Notes under the pieces: generated by a model
Seen by the model: only the letters and a program-made list of their open reading frames with translations
What the model was told of the DNA's origin: nothing
Databases searched by the model: none
Made by a program: the position numbers and the translations under genes
Shown here: piece after piece, positions 51,433 through 63,317 of the stretch
How positions within the stretch are numbered: position 1 is the stretch's first letter
Layout of the letters: every line of letters begins with the position of its first letter
From: an uncultured virus (IMG/VR IMGVR_UViG_3300027902_000007)
Lineage: Duplodnaviria > Heunggongvirae > Uroviricota > Caudoviricetes
Virus record (IMG/VR): IMGVR_UViG_3300027902_000007
Strand: one strand, 5' to 3'
DNA length: 64,000 bases

Positions 51433-53922
51433 AGACTAAATCCTTCCTCTTAGTTAGTCTCCGGAACTACCTCCGCCATCACCGCTGCCACCGTCGCTAC
51501 CGCCATCACTTGGACTTTCACTCGGAGCGTCACTTGGGCTTTCATTTGAAGTTTCAGTTGATGGTTCGTTTGATGGAGTCTCAGGCACTTCAGAGATTTC
51601 ATTTTGGTTTATTTCACTTTCTACTTCAGAAAATTCTTTTTCATTTACTTCCAGTTCTTTGGGCGTCTCCGTCTTAGTCTCTTCAGGTAAAGAATTGGCC
51701 TTTGTAAAAGTGACAGACGAGAAGTCGGTGACTCTTGTTGGGCTTGAATAGAGCAGATAATTGTTAAGGCCATTAATTACGTATAGGAAGCCTGGGTCTG
51801 AATTTTGCTGATACTCGTGCACTTTAACTTTTTTACAGAAAGTCACATGTTTTGCGTGATGTAATGGATGGTGCAGCGTATAATTTATGGACTTTAATAA
51901 AAAGTTTACGATGCATATGCATATTAAGATCGTAACGCCGCCTACAATTACTTTTTTGACCATCTTCATCTCCTTTTATTTTATATAATCGCATCCGAAA
52001 TCATTGAAAGCTCATCGCGATTTTTTATCTTTGGGCTCTTCCTGGTCTGTTAGATACCACTTGGCAAACTGCTCGAACCGCCTCATTCCTATTTTAATCT
52101 GAGTGTGGCCCATTTCTAATAAAACGTAATTTGGGATCACCGTGATCCCCTCGTCGTTAAATTTGATGCCGTTCTCACCTAATTTCGTGTTAGCATCAAC
52201 AGCGTCTTTGCAGTCACATGGTCTCATGGTTTTTCCTTTTTGCTTTAAGTTGCGGAGGAGGGGTCATACGCAGAGGATCTTTAGTCCAGTGTGAAAACAG
52301 TCGTTGCAATTTCGTCTGCGGACTGGCCTTTGGTTTTTTCATATATCGTCGAATAATTTCTAGCAAATTCTCCATCGACGCGAGCCACGCATCGTCTACG
52401 CCGTCAATACTCTCCTGCGCGTGGTATCTTACGTGATCCAATAGACCTGATAGCCCGATGTTTTCAGCATCCTTGACGATACTATCGATCCATCTATCGT
52501 ACATCTGTTCTAATTTTTCTCCGACAGCATTGTCGATCAATCTGTCATACATCCGTTTTAATTTTTTCATACTTACTTGTAAAGCATCTTCTTAAGTGAA
52601 AGAGCCGTGTCAACTATTTTTCTCCTTTAATTTATCATCAAGTTTTTGTAACAGTGCTAAATTCTTCTCAGATAAATGACGATTTTCTACAAAAGCAGCG
52701 TCAAGAGTTTTTTCTATTTTCATCTGCTTTCTTCTAGATCGTACAAGATATACGTCGACAAGTATTCCTGCCGCCGCAATAATAACAATCACGGTCCACA
52801 TTTTTCATCCCTGCTTTAACAATTTAAAAGTGTCTGCAGTAAAGTAATTACCATTAAATTCCAAAAATTTGGTTTGACGTAAGTGAGCAATTATTATTTT
52901 AGCAATCTCTTCGCCTTCTAATCCTTGATTATTGATATGATTTTGGATCAAGTCAAATAAATAACAAGCTTGGTACTCTTGATCACCCGGAAATTGCGCT
53001 GAAATTTTTTGCTTAAGTTTGTCTAGCATAATTTTTCAATAAGTAAGGACTTTTTAGGTGAGTCAGGCCATATTAATTTATAGCCACGTTGTTGCCACCA
53101 TTGAGCTCCGATCACTCGCATGTATTTCTTCCAATTCTCAGCTCTTTCTCCGTTGTTGTCAGCTTCCCATTGCGGATTGTATAAGAAAAATGGAGAAAGC
53201 GGATTGTTTTTTGACCACCGCTCATATTCTTCTTTGCAAAAAGCTTCCCATTCTATTGCGAGCTCTTCTATAGGCAGCTCTTTTCCTACAGTTGCTTCTT
53301 TTCTGCGGGTGTCGAGTAGAGTATAGTCTTCCATAATTAACTCAAGTCAGAGAGATTAGCTATAACTTCAGTCATCGGTCTATTACAGTGCGTGCAAATT
53401 GCCTTAATCTTAATCCGTGCGCCTCGTATCGGAGAATAACGTTTGAATGCATAATCCGATTGTGGCCATGGTTTTTCTTTTGTCCTGCCCGAGCAGTCTT
53501 TTTCGTAACAGTAATAAGTAGTAATACACAGGCCCGTCCTCGACTCATTATCTTTATATATGGGCATACTATTTGCTTCTATTCCAAAACCAACTAAAAA
53601 ATGCAACGATAAAAGCAACAATGACCTTCCACCAGGCCGCCTCAAAATTGATGTTGTGATGCGGCACTAATGACAAGAAGTTCACGGCTATTAGTACGCC
53701 TGCAAGTAAAGGGACCAAAAAACAGAACACAAATGATTTCATAACTCCTCTTTTTTATGTAACGTTGGGTATTTCGGACAGCCATTTGTCAATGTCATGA
53801 TCTACTTTTTGGTGCATTAACTATTAGCTTTCGCAACAGGTGACATGTCTTCACAGTGGTTACAGCGCATATCGTTCAGTTGAAGTACCCACATAGTCAA
53901 CTTCTCTCCTCAAGAAAGACTA

Positions 53923-54081
53923 TCATGCATTTAAAATGAAATCAAATTTGCTTGTCGCGCTTTCGGTAGCACAGAGAAATTCCACTTCCTCAGTGCGCGC
54001 TCCGTCAGTAACTATTGGAAAATCCGGATCATCAAGCATGTCATATAACTCTTGCGTATTCATAAATTGTGACACATTCAT
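53923..54081 (-). CDS. 52-aa acidic protein with KFDF tail (absent from the ORF track)
   Basis: translated by hand: MNVSQFMNTQELYDMLDDPDF...ESATSKFDFILNA; ATG overlaps the HAD gene's TGA. Confidence 0.55.
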   Translation of the reverse strand: MNVSQFMNTQELYDMLDDPDFPIVTDGARTEEVEFLCATESATSKFDFILNA

Positions 54082-54620
54082 ATTTTAATAGGCTTACGTT
54101 TATAGCCGTTGCGAACTATTTCGCCATTACTTGCAATAATGTCGTTATTTAAAATTTTTACAGCTTTTTCAGCCTCTTTCCGTGTCAGCCCGCTTTCATT
54201 TTTGCATTGTACAAGCCTGCTCACTAAACTGCCCATGTCAGCATCATCGTCCAATATGACAAAAGACTCGATCGGTTCTATTTTTTTATCACGGTCGGTC
54301 AAGTTCCAGTCTTTGCCATTATTGTATCGGTCAATCCAGCACCTGATCTCATTTCCGCGTATGTCTCCTGTGTGTGGTGTCGATCCCCTCACTTCTCCCT
54401 TGAAACCTAAGAGTGAGAGAAGCCTCCAAATATAACTGGACGAACAGTTTTTACGCCACACTGAAGATATCACGAGGACAGCACCCGTTTTTTCAACGAT
54501 GTAATTTAACCACCCAATGTGAATAGGGTCAGGGTTGTCGTTAAAAATACGTTTCCCAGCACGCCTCATAGAGCCCTTTGAATTTAGTACCCCGTCAATG
54601 TCGAGGAATATGATTTTCAT
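54078..54620 (-). CDS. HAD-domain protein (Swiss Army Knife RNA-repair-like HAD family)
   Basis: IFLDIDGVLN, ISSVWR, RG.EI and FVILDDD motifs. Confidence 0.8.
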   Translation of the reverse strand: MKIIFLDIDGVLNSKGSMRRAGKRIFNDNPDPIHIGWLNYIVEKTGAVLVISSVWRKNCSSSYIWRLLSLLGFKGEVRGSTPHTGDIRGNEIRCWIDRYNNGKDWNLTDRDKKIEPIESFVILDDDADMGSLVSRLVQCKNESGLTRKEAEKAVKILNNDIIASNGEIVRNGYKRKPIKI

Positions 54621-55492
54621 GTTAGATTATTCACCTTTTTTCTCAAGGAAGTGAGCCACTATCCCGCAAGTCAATGATTTGTTGCCTGTGTCGCTTTCAG
54701 TAGTGAACGTATCATCTTCCAGATCAAGTTTAATGATGATAGTATAGATTTCCTTGTCGTTTGGTTTACTTTCATCTACGCCAAGGCCGAATTGCCCTCG
54801 AATCCAATCTGATAATATTTCAGTTATTTTTTCACCCTTAATGTCGCTTGACATTTCAAACGAATCGTTCTTTACATTATATTTTAGTATTATTGACAGT
54901 GGACAAAAATCATAGTATCTTTCAATACTCATTTGTTTCTCCTTTACCTATAATTTATTCCGTAACCATTGGCCACTGACGGTGACATGTTGCGCAAACA
55001 TTTATACCTATTTGTTTACCTTCTTTATACTCATAAGATTGATAAATGTGAGGTGCCTGATCATTTGCCTCACAACCGCAGATCCTATTAACAGTCGACG
55101 CATTTTGGAATCTGCAACATGCCTCACATAATTCACGAGAACCCCACCCACATCCGGTGATGCATAAATCTTTATGAAGCCATTCTGTGGGCACTCGTTT
55201 ATCAGTTACAAATGCTAAATAATGTCTTGCAGATTTGGGATGGAATATTTTCTCACCTTCAGTGCCGATATCTATTGGCTCAATTTTAGACAGAACGTCA
55301 GAAAAGACAGTGCACTCTAATTCTAAAATTTCATTTCTTCTGACAAACTCGTCAAGATTTTCTGCCCACATATTCAGGCATCGTTCTCCTGATGCAAAAT
55401 TGAAATAATTGCCAAAAGACAGCGGAAAGTTTTTATTTATGATTCCGACACATGAGCTGCATCCGATTTGAGCACGAATCATCTCAATAGTT

Positions 55493-56062
55493 TTATTTAC
55501 CATAAATCTCTCCCGCTGCTACATTTTCAGACTTGACTTGATCGTTAGAAGGATCATCGAGTGGTTCAAGTTCGCGGTAAACTTCAGCTCTTATAGCTTC
55601 TTTTCGTTTTTCTGTCGATTCGTAGTCCTTATTTTTGTTGAGCTTTGGCAGAAAGGGCTGCCCATTAAATTCGACATGTGCTAATTGAGTGCAACCGTGG
55701 CAATCGTAACCATAACAGAATAAAAATCTATGTTTATATATTCTACATTTGCCTTTTTTAGACAACATTCTGCAACTATAAAGATGTTTGTAACCATGCT
55801 TTGTTGCTTTAAGATGTTTTACAAATGGAGTATCGTTTATATTTTTTAACAACAAAAATTGTTTTATAAATTCAAATCTGGGTACTTCTTTATGAAAGCA
55901 TTTTTTAGGATGAAAAATCCACTCCCAAAGATCAGATTTAGAATAATCTAAACTAAAAACTTTGCAGCACGCACCATTACAAGTAGCGCAACGTTGAGTC
56001 TTCGCTTCACGGTACATTTTCAATACTTCTTTATATGCCTTTGATCTTTTAAACATTTTCAA
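55493..56062 (-). CDS. YkgJ-like CxxCxxCC cysteine-cluster protein
   Basis: CATCNGACC...CRML...CRIY..R...C pattern. Confidence 0.65.
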   Translation of the reverse strand: MKMFKRSKAYKEVLKMYREAKTQRCATCNGACCKVFSLDYSKSDLWEWIFHPKKCFHKEVPRFEFIKQFLLLKNINDTPFVKHLKATKHGYKHLYSCRMLSKKGKCRIYKHRFLFCYGYDCHGCTQLAHVEFNGQPFLPKLNKNKDYESTEKRKEAIRAEVYRELEPLDDPSNDQVKSENVAAGEIYGK

Positions 56063-57113
56063 TTCTATTTTAATAACGCAAACGTATTAATTAATGTCGA
56101 ATCAAGCAGTTGTAATTTTGTCGTCGCCATTCCCGTTTCGTCGGTAATGTATTGTATTTTTTTATCTGCCAAAAGAGCTGTTTTAAGAGCATCCTGGCGC
56201 AATTTGTAACTAAACTCAATTGTCCCACCACAAAGTAACACAGCAATGATGATACCCATAAATAATTTCACGTCTTCCTCCTTTTATATTTTTGTGTTGT
56301 AATCAGGTCTATAAATGTCTTTTATAAAAAGTATTAATATAAAAACGACGGGCCCAAAAATAATTAATAACCACGGCACCGATCTATCATCGTATCGTCG
56401 TCGCCAATAGTTGGTTGCAACCCAGCCAATTAAGCACCAGACTATCACGCACACCCAAATTATTATTTCCATTTTATTTCTTTTTTAATGCGTCGGTCAA
56501 CACTTCGCTTATAGCCTTTACGACCCCTGTGTGATCTGCGGCATTAAACTTTCCATGGTAAGGGCACTTTTTATTCACCCTGATAGTTAACAATGTGTAT
56601 TTGCCCAATGCCTTTACAGTTCGTCCGTATACTTCACACGCGCATCTCACTTTACGCCTCGTGCGGTATTTTAAAGTACGGTAGTCAGATGTGTGCGGAT
56701 ACGATTCACATTTCTTGAGCGCCTGCAATAACGTCTTTGAATCAAAATCACCCTCAATATTATCTAAGGCTGCTATAATGGCATCTTTAACTTCGCCAAC
56801 ACTGTTGACGTACACTCCCATCTGGACACCCCCTATGGTTCTTTTCCTGTCAAAGCGCAATACAAATCTGCAGCAATTTCTTTTATTCGACGCTCACATT
56901 TTCTATTTTGTCTGACAGCTTCTTTTGCTGCTGCTTCTGATTCGGAATGCGGCGGTTGTTGTATTCCGCTTAAATGCTCTAATCCTTCATCCAATAATTT
57001 ATGTAATCTCTGCATCTTCTTTTCAGAAAACTCTCCCGCACCGCCAAACCACATTTCTTTAAATTCACGAGCCATTAATTATTTCCTATGTTTTTGGATA
57101 GCGTTGTCACACC

Positions 57114-57497
57114 TCATTGGCGCATTACAGTAAACTTAGTAAAACATACGTCGTGATCATTACCAAAATATTTTAAGTTTTCTTTTTTAACCCGAATTTT
57201 AAGCACTCTGTTAACGTTTTCATCACTGCCGTATGTTCGTATGTGAAGCCGTGCAGCTTCTCTACATGCATAGGCGTGAAATGCGCCAGAAGTTATCTCG
57301 TCACCGTTCTCTATTTGAAATTGCCCCTTTGCTTTATTTGTTTTATTTACATGAAGCAACGTGCCCTGATTTGGGGAATAATATTTATTATTTCCTTTTA
57401 AAAGAGCGACTTTCCAGAAATAAAAATATTTCTGCTTTCTTACTTTCAGTCTTTCGTTCATTTTCGATGTCAATTCAGTGTTAATTGTAAGACACAT
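57114..57497 (-). CDS. MCL...FHAY family phage protein, paralog 2
   Basis: same motifs as 50091-50480. Confidence 0.6.
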   Translation of the reverse strand: MCLTINTELTSKMNERLKVRKQKYFYFWKVALLKGNNKYYSPNQGTLLHVNKTNKAKGQFQIENGDEITSGAFHAYACREAARLHIRTYGSDENVNRVLKIRVKKENLKYFGNDHDVCFTKFTVMRQ

Positions 57498-57506
57498 ACT
57501 TCTCCC

Positions 57507-57863
57507 TTATTGAGGAACTATCATGAATTTAGTAAAACACACGTCACGGTCGGTGCCGAAATATCTGACGTGCCCTTTTTTAACTTTCACTTTGATCACA
57601 GTTTCACTATCTATGTCATCAATTTTTTCCCGTGCGGCCTGCCTCACAGCGTAAGCATGAAACACTCCACCGTTTATTTCATTACAACTACAAATCCTAA
57701 GTTTTCCTTTTGCTATATTCACTTTGTCTTTATGAATTAATATGCCTCGAAACGGAGAATAATATTTGCCCTCCACTTTATTTACAACTTTCCAAAAGTA
57801 AAAATACTGTCTGTTTTTCTTTTTCATTTTTCGTGTTATCTCACGATCAATTACGAGACACAT
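57507..57863 (-). CDS. MCL...FHAY family phage protein, paralog 3
   Basis: same motifs as 50091-50480. Confidence 0.6.
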   Translation of the reverse strand: MCLVIDREITRKMKKKNRQYFYFWKVVNKVEGKYYSPFRGILIHKDKVNIAKGKLRICSCNEINGGVFHAYAVRQAAREKIDDIDSETVIKVKVKKGHVRYFGTDRDVCFTKFMIVPQ

Positions 57864-57876
57864 ATTACCTCTTTCG

Positions 57877-58356
57877 TTAAGTTTTTTGTTGAAAGCTTTC
57901 AGGCGCAATCACGCTTAAATCTACGTAAAGACCTGCGCCTATCTGAATAGACCAAGCCGTCCGCCCAAATGGTTTCACCGTGGGCTGTTCGTCAATTATA
58001 CCATTAACAGTCAATCTGACAGCCTCTACTAGATCCTTAGAAGAAAATGCCCCCTCCACCCACGGTATTGCCACTAGATCGAGATCGCGCCCCAAACTGC
58101 CATGAACTGTTATTGCGTATCCTCTCTCGTGCGCGACCTTTTCTATGACTGGCAGCAATTTCTGATACTTTTTTAACACTAATTTCTTATTAGTGAATCC
58201 CTTACCTTTAATCCAGCCCCGTGAGTCCAGAAATGTCATTACGTTAATTGGACAATCTTTTATATCTGCAGTCTTTTTTAAATGATTTAACCAATCGTAA
58301 TAAGCTTCTTCAAGCTTTTTCTTTTGGTGATCAGTTAATTCTTTATGCTTAATCAT
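57877..58356 (-). CDS. possible minimal nucleotidyltransferase-fold protein
   Basis: VHGSLGRDLDLVAIPW (GS...DxD) motif. Confidence 0.45.
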   Translation of the reverse strand: MIKHKELTDHQKKKLEEAYYDWLNHLKKTADIKDCPINVMTFLDSRGWIKGKGFTNKKLVLKKYQKLLPVIEKVAHERGYAITVHGSLGRDLDLVAIPWVEGAFSSKDLVEAVRLTVNGIIDEQPTVKPFGRTAWSIQIGAGLYVDLSVIAPESFQQKT

Positions 58357-60183
58357 TTCTGACGTCTTTGGAAAATCTTTGCTTTATTGTATAAAAATTT
58401 ATGACCATCTCTTAACATTTGTTCAGAAATAAGATGTCTACAGTCACGAAAATCTTCAGCAGACATATCGCTATAAATTTTAATTGATATTCCTGTACTA
58501 TCAATCTCTGCTTCAAAAGCATTATTCATTACACGAAAAAACACTGGGATATTCATTTTTAACCACTCTGTTATTTGTTTAAGAGTCATAACTGTCGGTG
58601 TGACAATTTCATATGTTGTAATGGCTTTTGTATAGCCTAAATCGTCCTCTATACTCGCCATACCGGTTTCTAATAGTTTTTTACCGTCAATTCTTATATC
58701 AACCTTATTCAAGTTTTTAATCCATGGCCAATAATCCTCATCGCGTATTTCGCGTTCTGTAGTTATGAGTATTTTCATGATTGTCTCGGACGAAATTCAA
58801 TGACGTTCAGCGGCATCTTAGGTTCTATTGCTTTTTTCACTACGTTAGCAAACTCTTCGCGCGAAGTGACCAAATGATTGTCCAGAGCAACAGCATACAT
58901 ATGATCAAGGAGCTTAAACGATTCGGCATCACGCTTTCTCTGATAAAAATCTAAAAGCATCTTAATCCTGTTTTGACAAAAACTTAAGAATCTCCTAAAC
59001 ATGCACCCTCCTTTTAGTGATAAAATCAAAGCCTAACTTATAAGGAGTCTTTTCTAGTCCTGTCTCGGCCGTCTTCTGACACTTTCGTACTTTCCGCGGT
59101 TTACAGTCATACATTTTGTCCATGAATTTCAACTTGCCCTCAACGATTGCGTCAATTCTAGCTTGTTGTGCAGACGACATTGACGGTGCCGATTCTGCTT
59201 TTTTCATGAAATTCCTACTAACTGTGCTGCTTTCATTGCTCCACGAGCAGTCGGCGTAATAATTGGCTCTACATGCTCATTTAAAAGCATCGCGCTGACG
59301 CAATTACAAACCCATTCAATCTCTGCCTCCTGACATCTTACGTACCAATAATTATCAATTCGATCGTTAAATGCCTTTTGAGTTGCTATGGTGGCTTCTG
59401 CCAGAAGTTCTTTTAACTGCTCCGGCGTTTTATTCCTACATCTCTCAAATCCCAATACCGACCCCTCAAGTTTTTCTTTTTGCTTAGGTTCGGTATAATC
59501 TGCCTTGACAGCCTCAATCCCGTCGTCGATTAATTTTTCAAGAAATTGTAGGTAGTTCATGTGTCTCCCTTCAGTAGGCGTTTGACTTTAGTGACAGAAA
59601 GATCTGATATATCCGCTTTATTTAAAACCCTATCTTCTCTCCAAGATGCTTTTAACCTATATTTACTCAGGTCTGTCGACTCAAACAGTACTGTACAAAA
59701 AATTGTGTTGCGCATGCCCCGTTGGTCTCTGAAGACAACACGGATCACGTGGGACCTATCTGACTTTTTAATGATGTGCCAAGTTGTTTTAATCACGATC
59801 TCTACTTGCTAATGTGAGCGCAATCTCAGTTTCCTTGCGTTCTTTTCTGAGCTGTACAATCTCTCTTTTTAACTTGATCAAGTTTCTATTCATCCAAATT
59901 GCATTGAACGTAAAAAGCGCGACGCTTATGATTAATAAAAGGACTACACCCGGATAGCGCTGACAAATGAATATCGCAATTATCATCGCCATAATTACCA
60001 CAACATTGAAATATAAAAATCCATAATCAATATTGGCACGCATATTATGAGATTTCTTTTGACACCGATCTCTATATTTCTGTAACTGAGGACATGCCCA
60101 TTCTGAAATATTGCCGTCTACAGTTCGTGTTGAACCAGAGCATTTCCGATCGTGCAAGCAGTCAAAGTCTTCAAATAAGCATT

Positions 60184-60714
60184 TCATTTTCCCCCCTTAT
60201 CGAAAACAAGCTTACTTTTACTAGCAGCCTTATGCGCCTTTTCTATTTCATCGATAAACCAATTAATGTTATCTAGCCTAAGCTTACCATTGACGATAAA
60301 ACCACGCTCAACATTTCTTACGTGCTTTTTTAGTTTAATCCACTCGTTGTAGAATTTTAAAATCCTTTTGCTTAGACTATTTGCGTCGTTGTAAGCCTGT
60401 CGACCTTTATTTTTTGACACTAACAGTAATCGTATTATTCTTCTTTCATCTCTATGAGGATCAGCAATATTTAATTTTAAATTCCAACCGTCTCCTTCCC
60501 AATGCCACCAGCGAAAACAGCCGGCCCATAAGATTAAAGATAGCGCTTTTACGCCGTTGACATTAAACCAAATCCTTACAGGATGCTTACCATGACCGCA
60601 GCACGACTCAGTCGTCTGGACTCCAGGTATAGAATTTAAAGCTGCACATAATCTTTCAATTTCTTTATCAATGTCTATTGTATTTTTTAGATTTGCCCAA
60701 TTTCCTTTTATCAT
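60184..60714 (-). CDS. hypothetical phage protein with T..SC.GH motif
   Basis: ID.EI..L..ALN...GVQTTESCCGH. Confidence 0.55.
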   Translation of the reverse strand: MIKGNWANLKNTIDIDKEIERLCAALNSIPGVQTTESCCGHGKHPVRIWFNVNGVKALSLILWAGCFRWWHWEGDGWNLKLNIADPHRDERRIIRLLLVSKNKGRQAYNDANSLSKRILKFYNEWIKLKKHVRNVERGFIVNGKLRLDNINWFIDEIEKAHKAASKSKLVFDKGGK

Positions 60715-60992
60715 ATCAATCGCCCGCAGGCTCTCTAGTTAATTTTTTTAAAAGTTTTATTTTAACTTCAGTCAATTCCTCAATATTATGAATGTGAGCA
60801 TCTGCAATATCTAAAGCGTCTTTTATTTTTTCATCATCGGTCATTTCACGACTGTGACGGCCAATGCCCACAGATATAACTCTATTTTTTGCCTCACCTG
60901 TAACAGCGCGAGCAATCCACCAATGAGCAAGAAGCTCAGCCATTTTAATTCTATAATTAACTCGCTCAATTTGACAAGTAATAGATTCTTCC

Positions 60993-61355
60993 TCAGACAT
61001 TTGACAATTCCTTTTCGTTTGAAAATTCTTTTATCCGATGCTCAATATAATTTTTTTCTTTAATTAACCGCGCAATTTCATCCCTATGATCGTTGACAAA
61101 TATGTCCAGGTGCGTATATGAGTGACCGTTCATAACAGCGTGATGCACATAAATTGTAAAATTGACTGGCAGACTGTTCTCGGAGAAGTAAGTCCATAAT
61201 AACTCGTGGAGTCGTTTGATCTCGCCGTCAGGTATGAACTCGCATTGCACGTACATGTCGTGACCGCAAGAGCACTCAGTATTGATGCCATTATTTCTGA
61301 GAAATCTCACTAATGGCCGAATAGGCTCTTCTATATTCTCTTCATACCAATCCAT
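60993..61355 (-). CDS. hypothetical phage protein related to 60184-60714
   Basis: IE..IR.LV..L...GINTECSCGH. Confidence 0.55.
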   Translation of the reverse strand: MDWYEENIEEPIRPLVRFLRNNGINTECSCGHDMYVQCEFIPDGEIKRLHELLWTYFSENSLPVNFTIYVHHAVMNGHSYTHLDIFVNDHRDEIARLIKEKNYIEHRIKEFSNEKELSNV

Positions 61356-61377
61356 CTTTTACTAATCATAAAGATTG

Positions 61378-62349
61378 TCAAGGAACTTTTAAGACTTCAG
61401 TATTTGCTACCCATGCAGCAAAATACGGCGCATGTGTGTGTTCTTTTAAATAAATCAAGAATGGCTTATCAAAAACAAATCGTCTTACCATTTTTTCTCC
61501 ATGCGACATGCCTTTTGTTAGCATTGCCATTTCAGATCGTAATTTAGCTCCTTCTTCATTTAAAAGAAATTTAATAAATTGTACAGACTCTGCTATAAAA
61601 TATTTAGTAATTTTACCATTTACATAAATATCTTGATCGATCATTTCTCGAAAATGATGTTCTAAATCAAATTCAATTTTGGGAATTATTAAACTTTCAT
61701 TAGTTTGCAATCGAGAACCTTCATGAGGTGTACTGTCCAGCAATGCTTCAGTGTTTTTAATAATATTTTCAATCGTTCTTTGCGGTGCTGTTTTAATAAG
61801 CACAATTATATCAGAAGATTGAGTTCTGAGAGCTATAGCAAAATCATCATAATTTTTATAATAAAGAACATATACCTGATTTTTAAGCTTCTTCTCAATA
61901 TCAATGCGTACTTTATTAATTCCAAATGCTTTGACCAACGTTGTTCCATTAAAATAAAGATATTGATTAAGATTTTCAAATTTTTTCTCAAAAGTGAGAA
62001 TTTTTAAAAGAAAAGAATAAGCTAATATATCAGTCGGCTCAAAATTAGCAGGATTAAGATTTACTTTTGAAGTTTCACCAAATTTTTCTCTTAAATCTTT
62101 TTTGATTCTATCAAGAATACCATCCTGTATCAAAGACGCATATGCCAAATAACAGTTATTATCAAGGTGGTCTTTCGTAAAAGACCTCTTATTAAGAAAA
62201 TCAACAGTTTCACATGGCTGCCAAAATGTCACGCGGCCTCTCATAAAGTCTGATAGCTCATTCCACGTCAAGTTCACAGTGGCACAGTAAATGAGATTCT
62301 GACCTGCTGTAATGGGCTCATTAAGCCTTGCTGTCACTAGCGTCTTCAT
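61378..62349 (-). CDS. serpin-like protein
   Basis: LIIPKI.F, QFIKFLLNEEGA (hinge-like) and FVFDKPFLIYLK...PYFAAWV (serpin C-terminal signature). Confidence 0.6.
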   Translation of the reverse strand: MKTLVTARLNEPITAGQNLIYCATVNLTWNELSDFMRGRVTFWQPCETVDFLNKRSFTKDHLDNNCYLAYASLIQDGILDRIKKDLREKFGETSKVNLNPANFEPTDILAYSFLLKILTFEKKFENLNQYLYFNGTTLVKAFGINKVRIDIEKKLKNQVYVLYYKNYDDFAIALRTQSSDIIVLIKTAPQRTIENIIKNTEALLDSTPHEGSRLQTNESLIIPKIEFDLEHHFREMIDQDIYVNGKITKYFIAESVQFIKFLLNEEGAKLRSEMAMLTKGMSHGEKMVRRFVFDKPFLIYLKEHTHAPYFAAWVANTEVLKVP

Positions 62350-63317
62350 AAGCCTCCTTAAAATTGTATGAGTATGAATTTGAGAATGTCGTTTGCATTT
62401 ACTGAATAATGAAAAGATTGTAGCTCGTAGCCTTTGCTATCAGTGAATGTTATATAATCATTCGACCGCCCATTGAAGTGAACATACACTTTAATAAGTT
62501 TATTAATTTTTTTAATGTAGATGACAGTGCGACCAAAATCCAACTCAAAATCTTTTGATTCTAGCGCCTCAATGATGTATTTTGCTATATCAAAAAACTT
62601 GCTTGATGACCAGCCGTTATTTTTGAGGTAGTCTTGCTTTGTTCTTGATAGCATTTGTTCACATTCTTATGGTTGATCTTTTGCAAAGACGCCATCGATA
62701 GCCTTCTGGACGTCAGTTTTAGAAACGACGACCTCAATTTCCACGTGGCCTGTGAAAGGAATGCACAGTTTAACAGACATCTCGTCAACATCCCTACCTT
62801 CATAAATGGGTAAGTAAAAATAGTACTCGACGCCTGCTATGTTTGTCGTCCCGTGAGACGTACTAGGATGTAATATTACCGTGCTTCTCGTGTTAATTTT
62901 GACAGAGATGTCTCTCCTTATGCGATATTTGTCTACATGTAAGCCCATATAGCCTCCTCTGTGATAGTCAATAAAATTATCGTTGATAAATTCTTATGGA
63001 CGTCGAAATTATTAAACGATAAGTTTCTGTCATATTCCGAAGACTGACAGTTTAAAAAAATTAATGATTTGACGTAAACTAAGGATTCTCATAAAAGGTT
63101 TCATCTATTGGTTCAACAATGAATCTGTTTCAAATTTCACACGCGATTTCTACGCTGTGATTTCGTGTGCAAAATATTGAGAAACAAATGTTGTTTAACT
63201 ATCTGTTTCGCGAAACATCTCGGTGGGCGACGTAAAGGCACAAGTTACAAAATGAAACAGTATCGGAGACGAGTAAAATAATATGAAACACTCAACCGTA
63301 ATATAAACAATTCGTTC

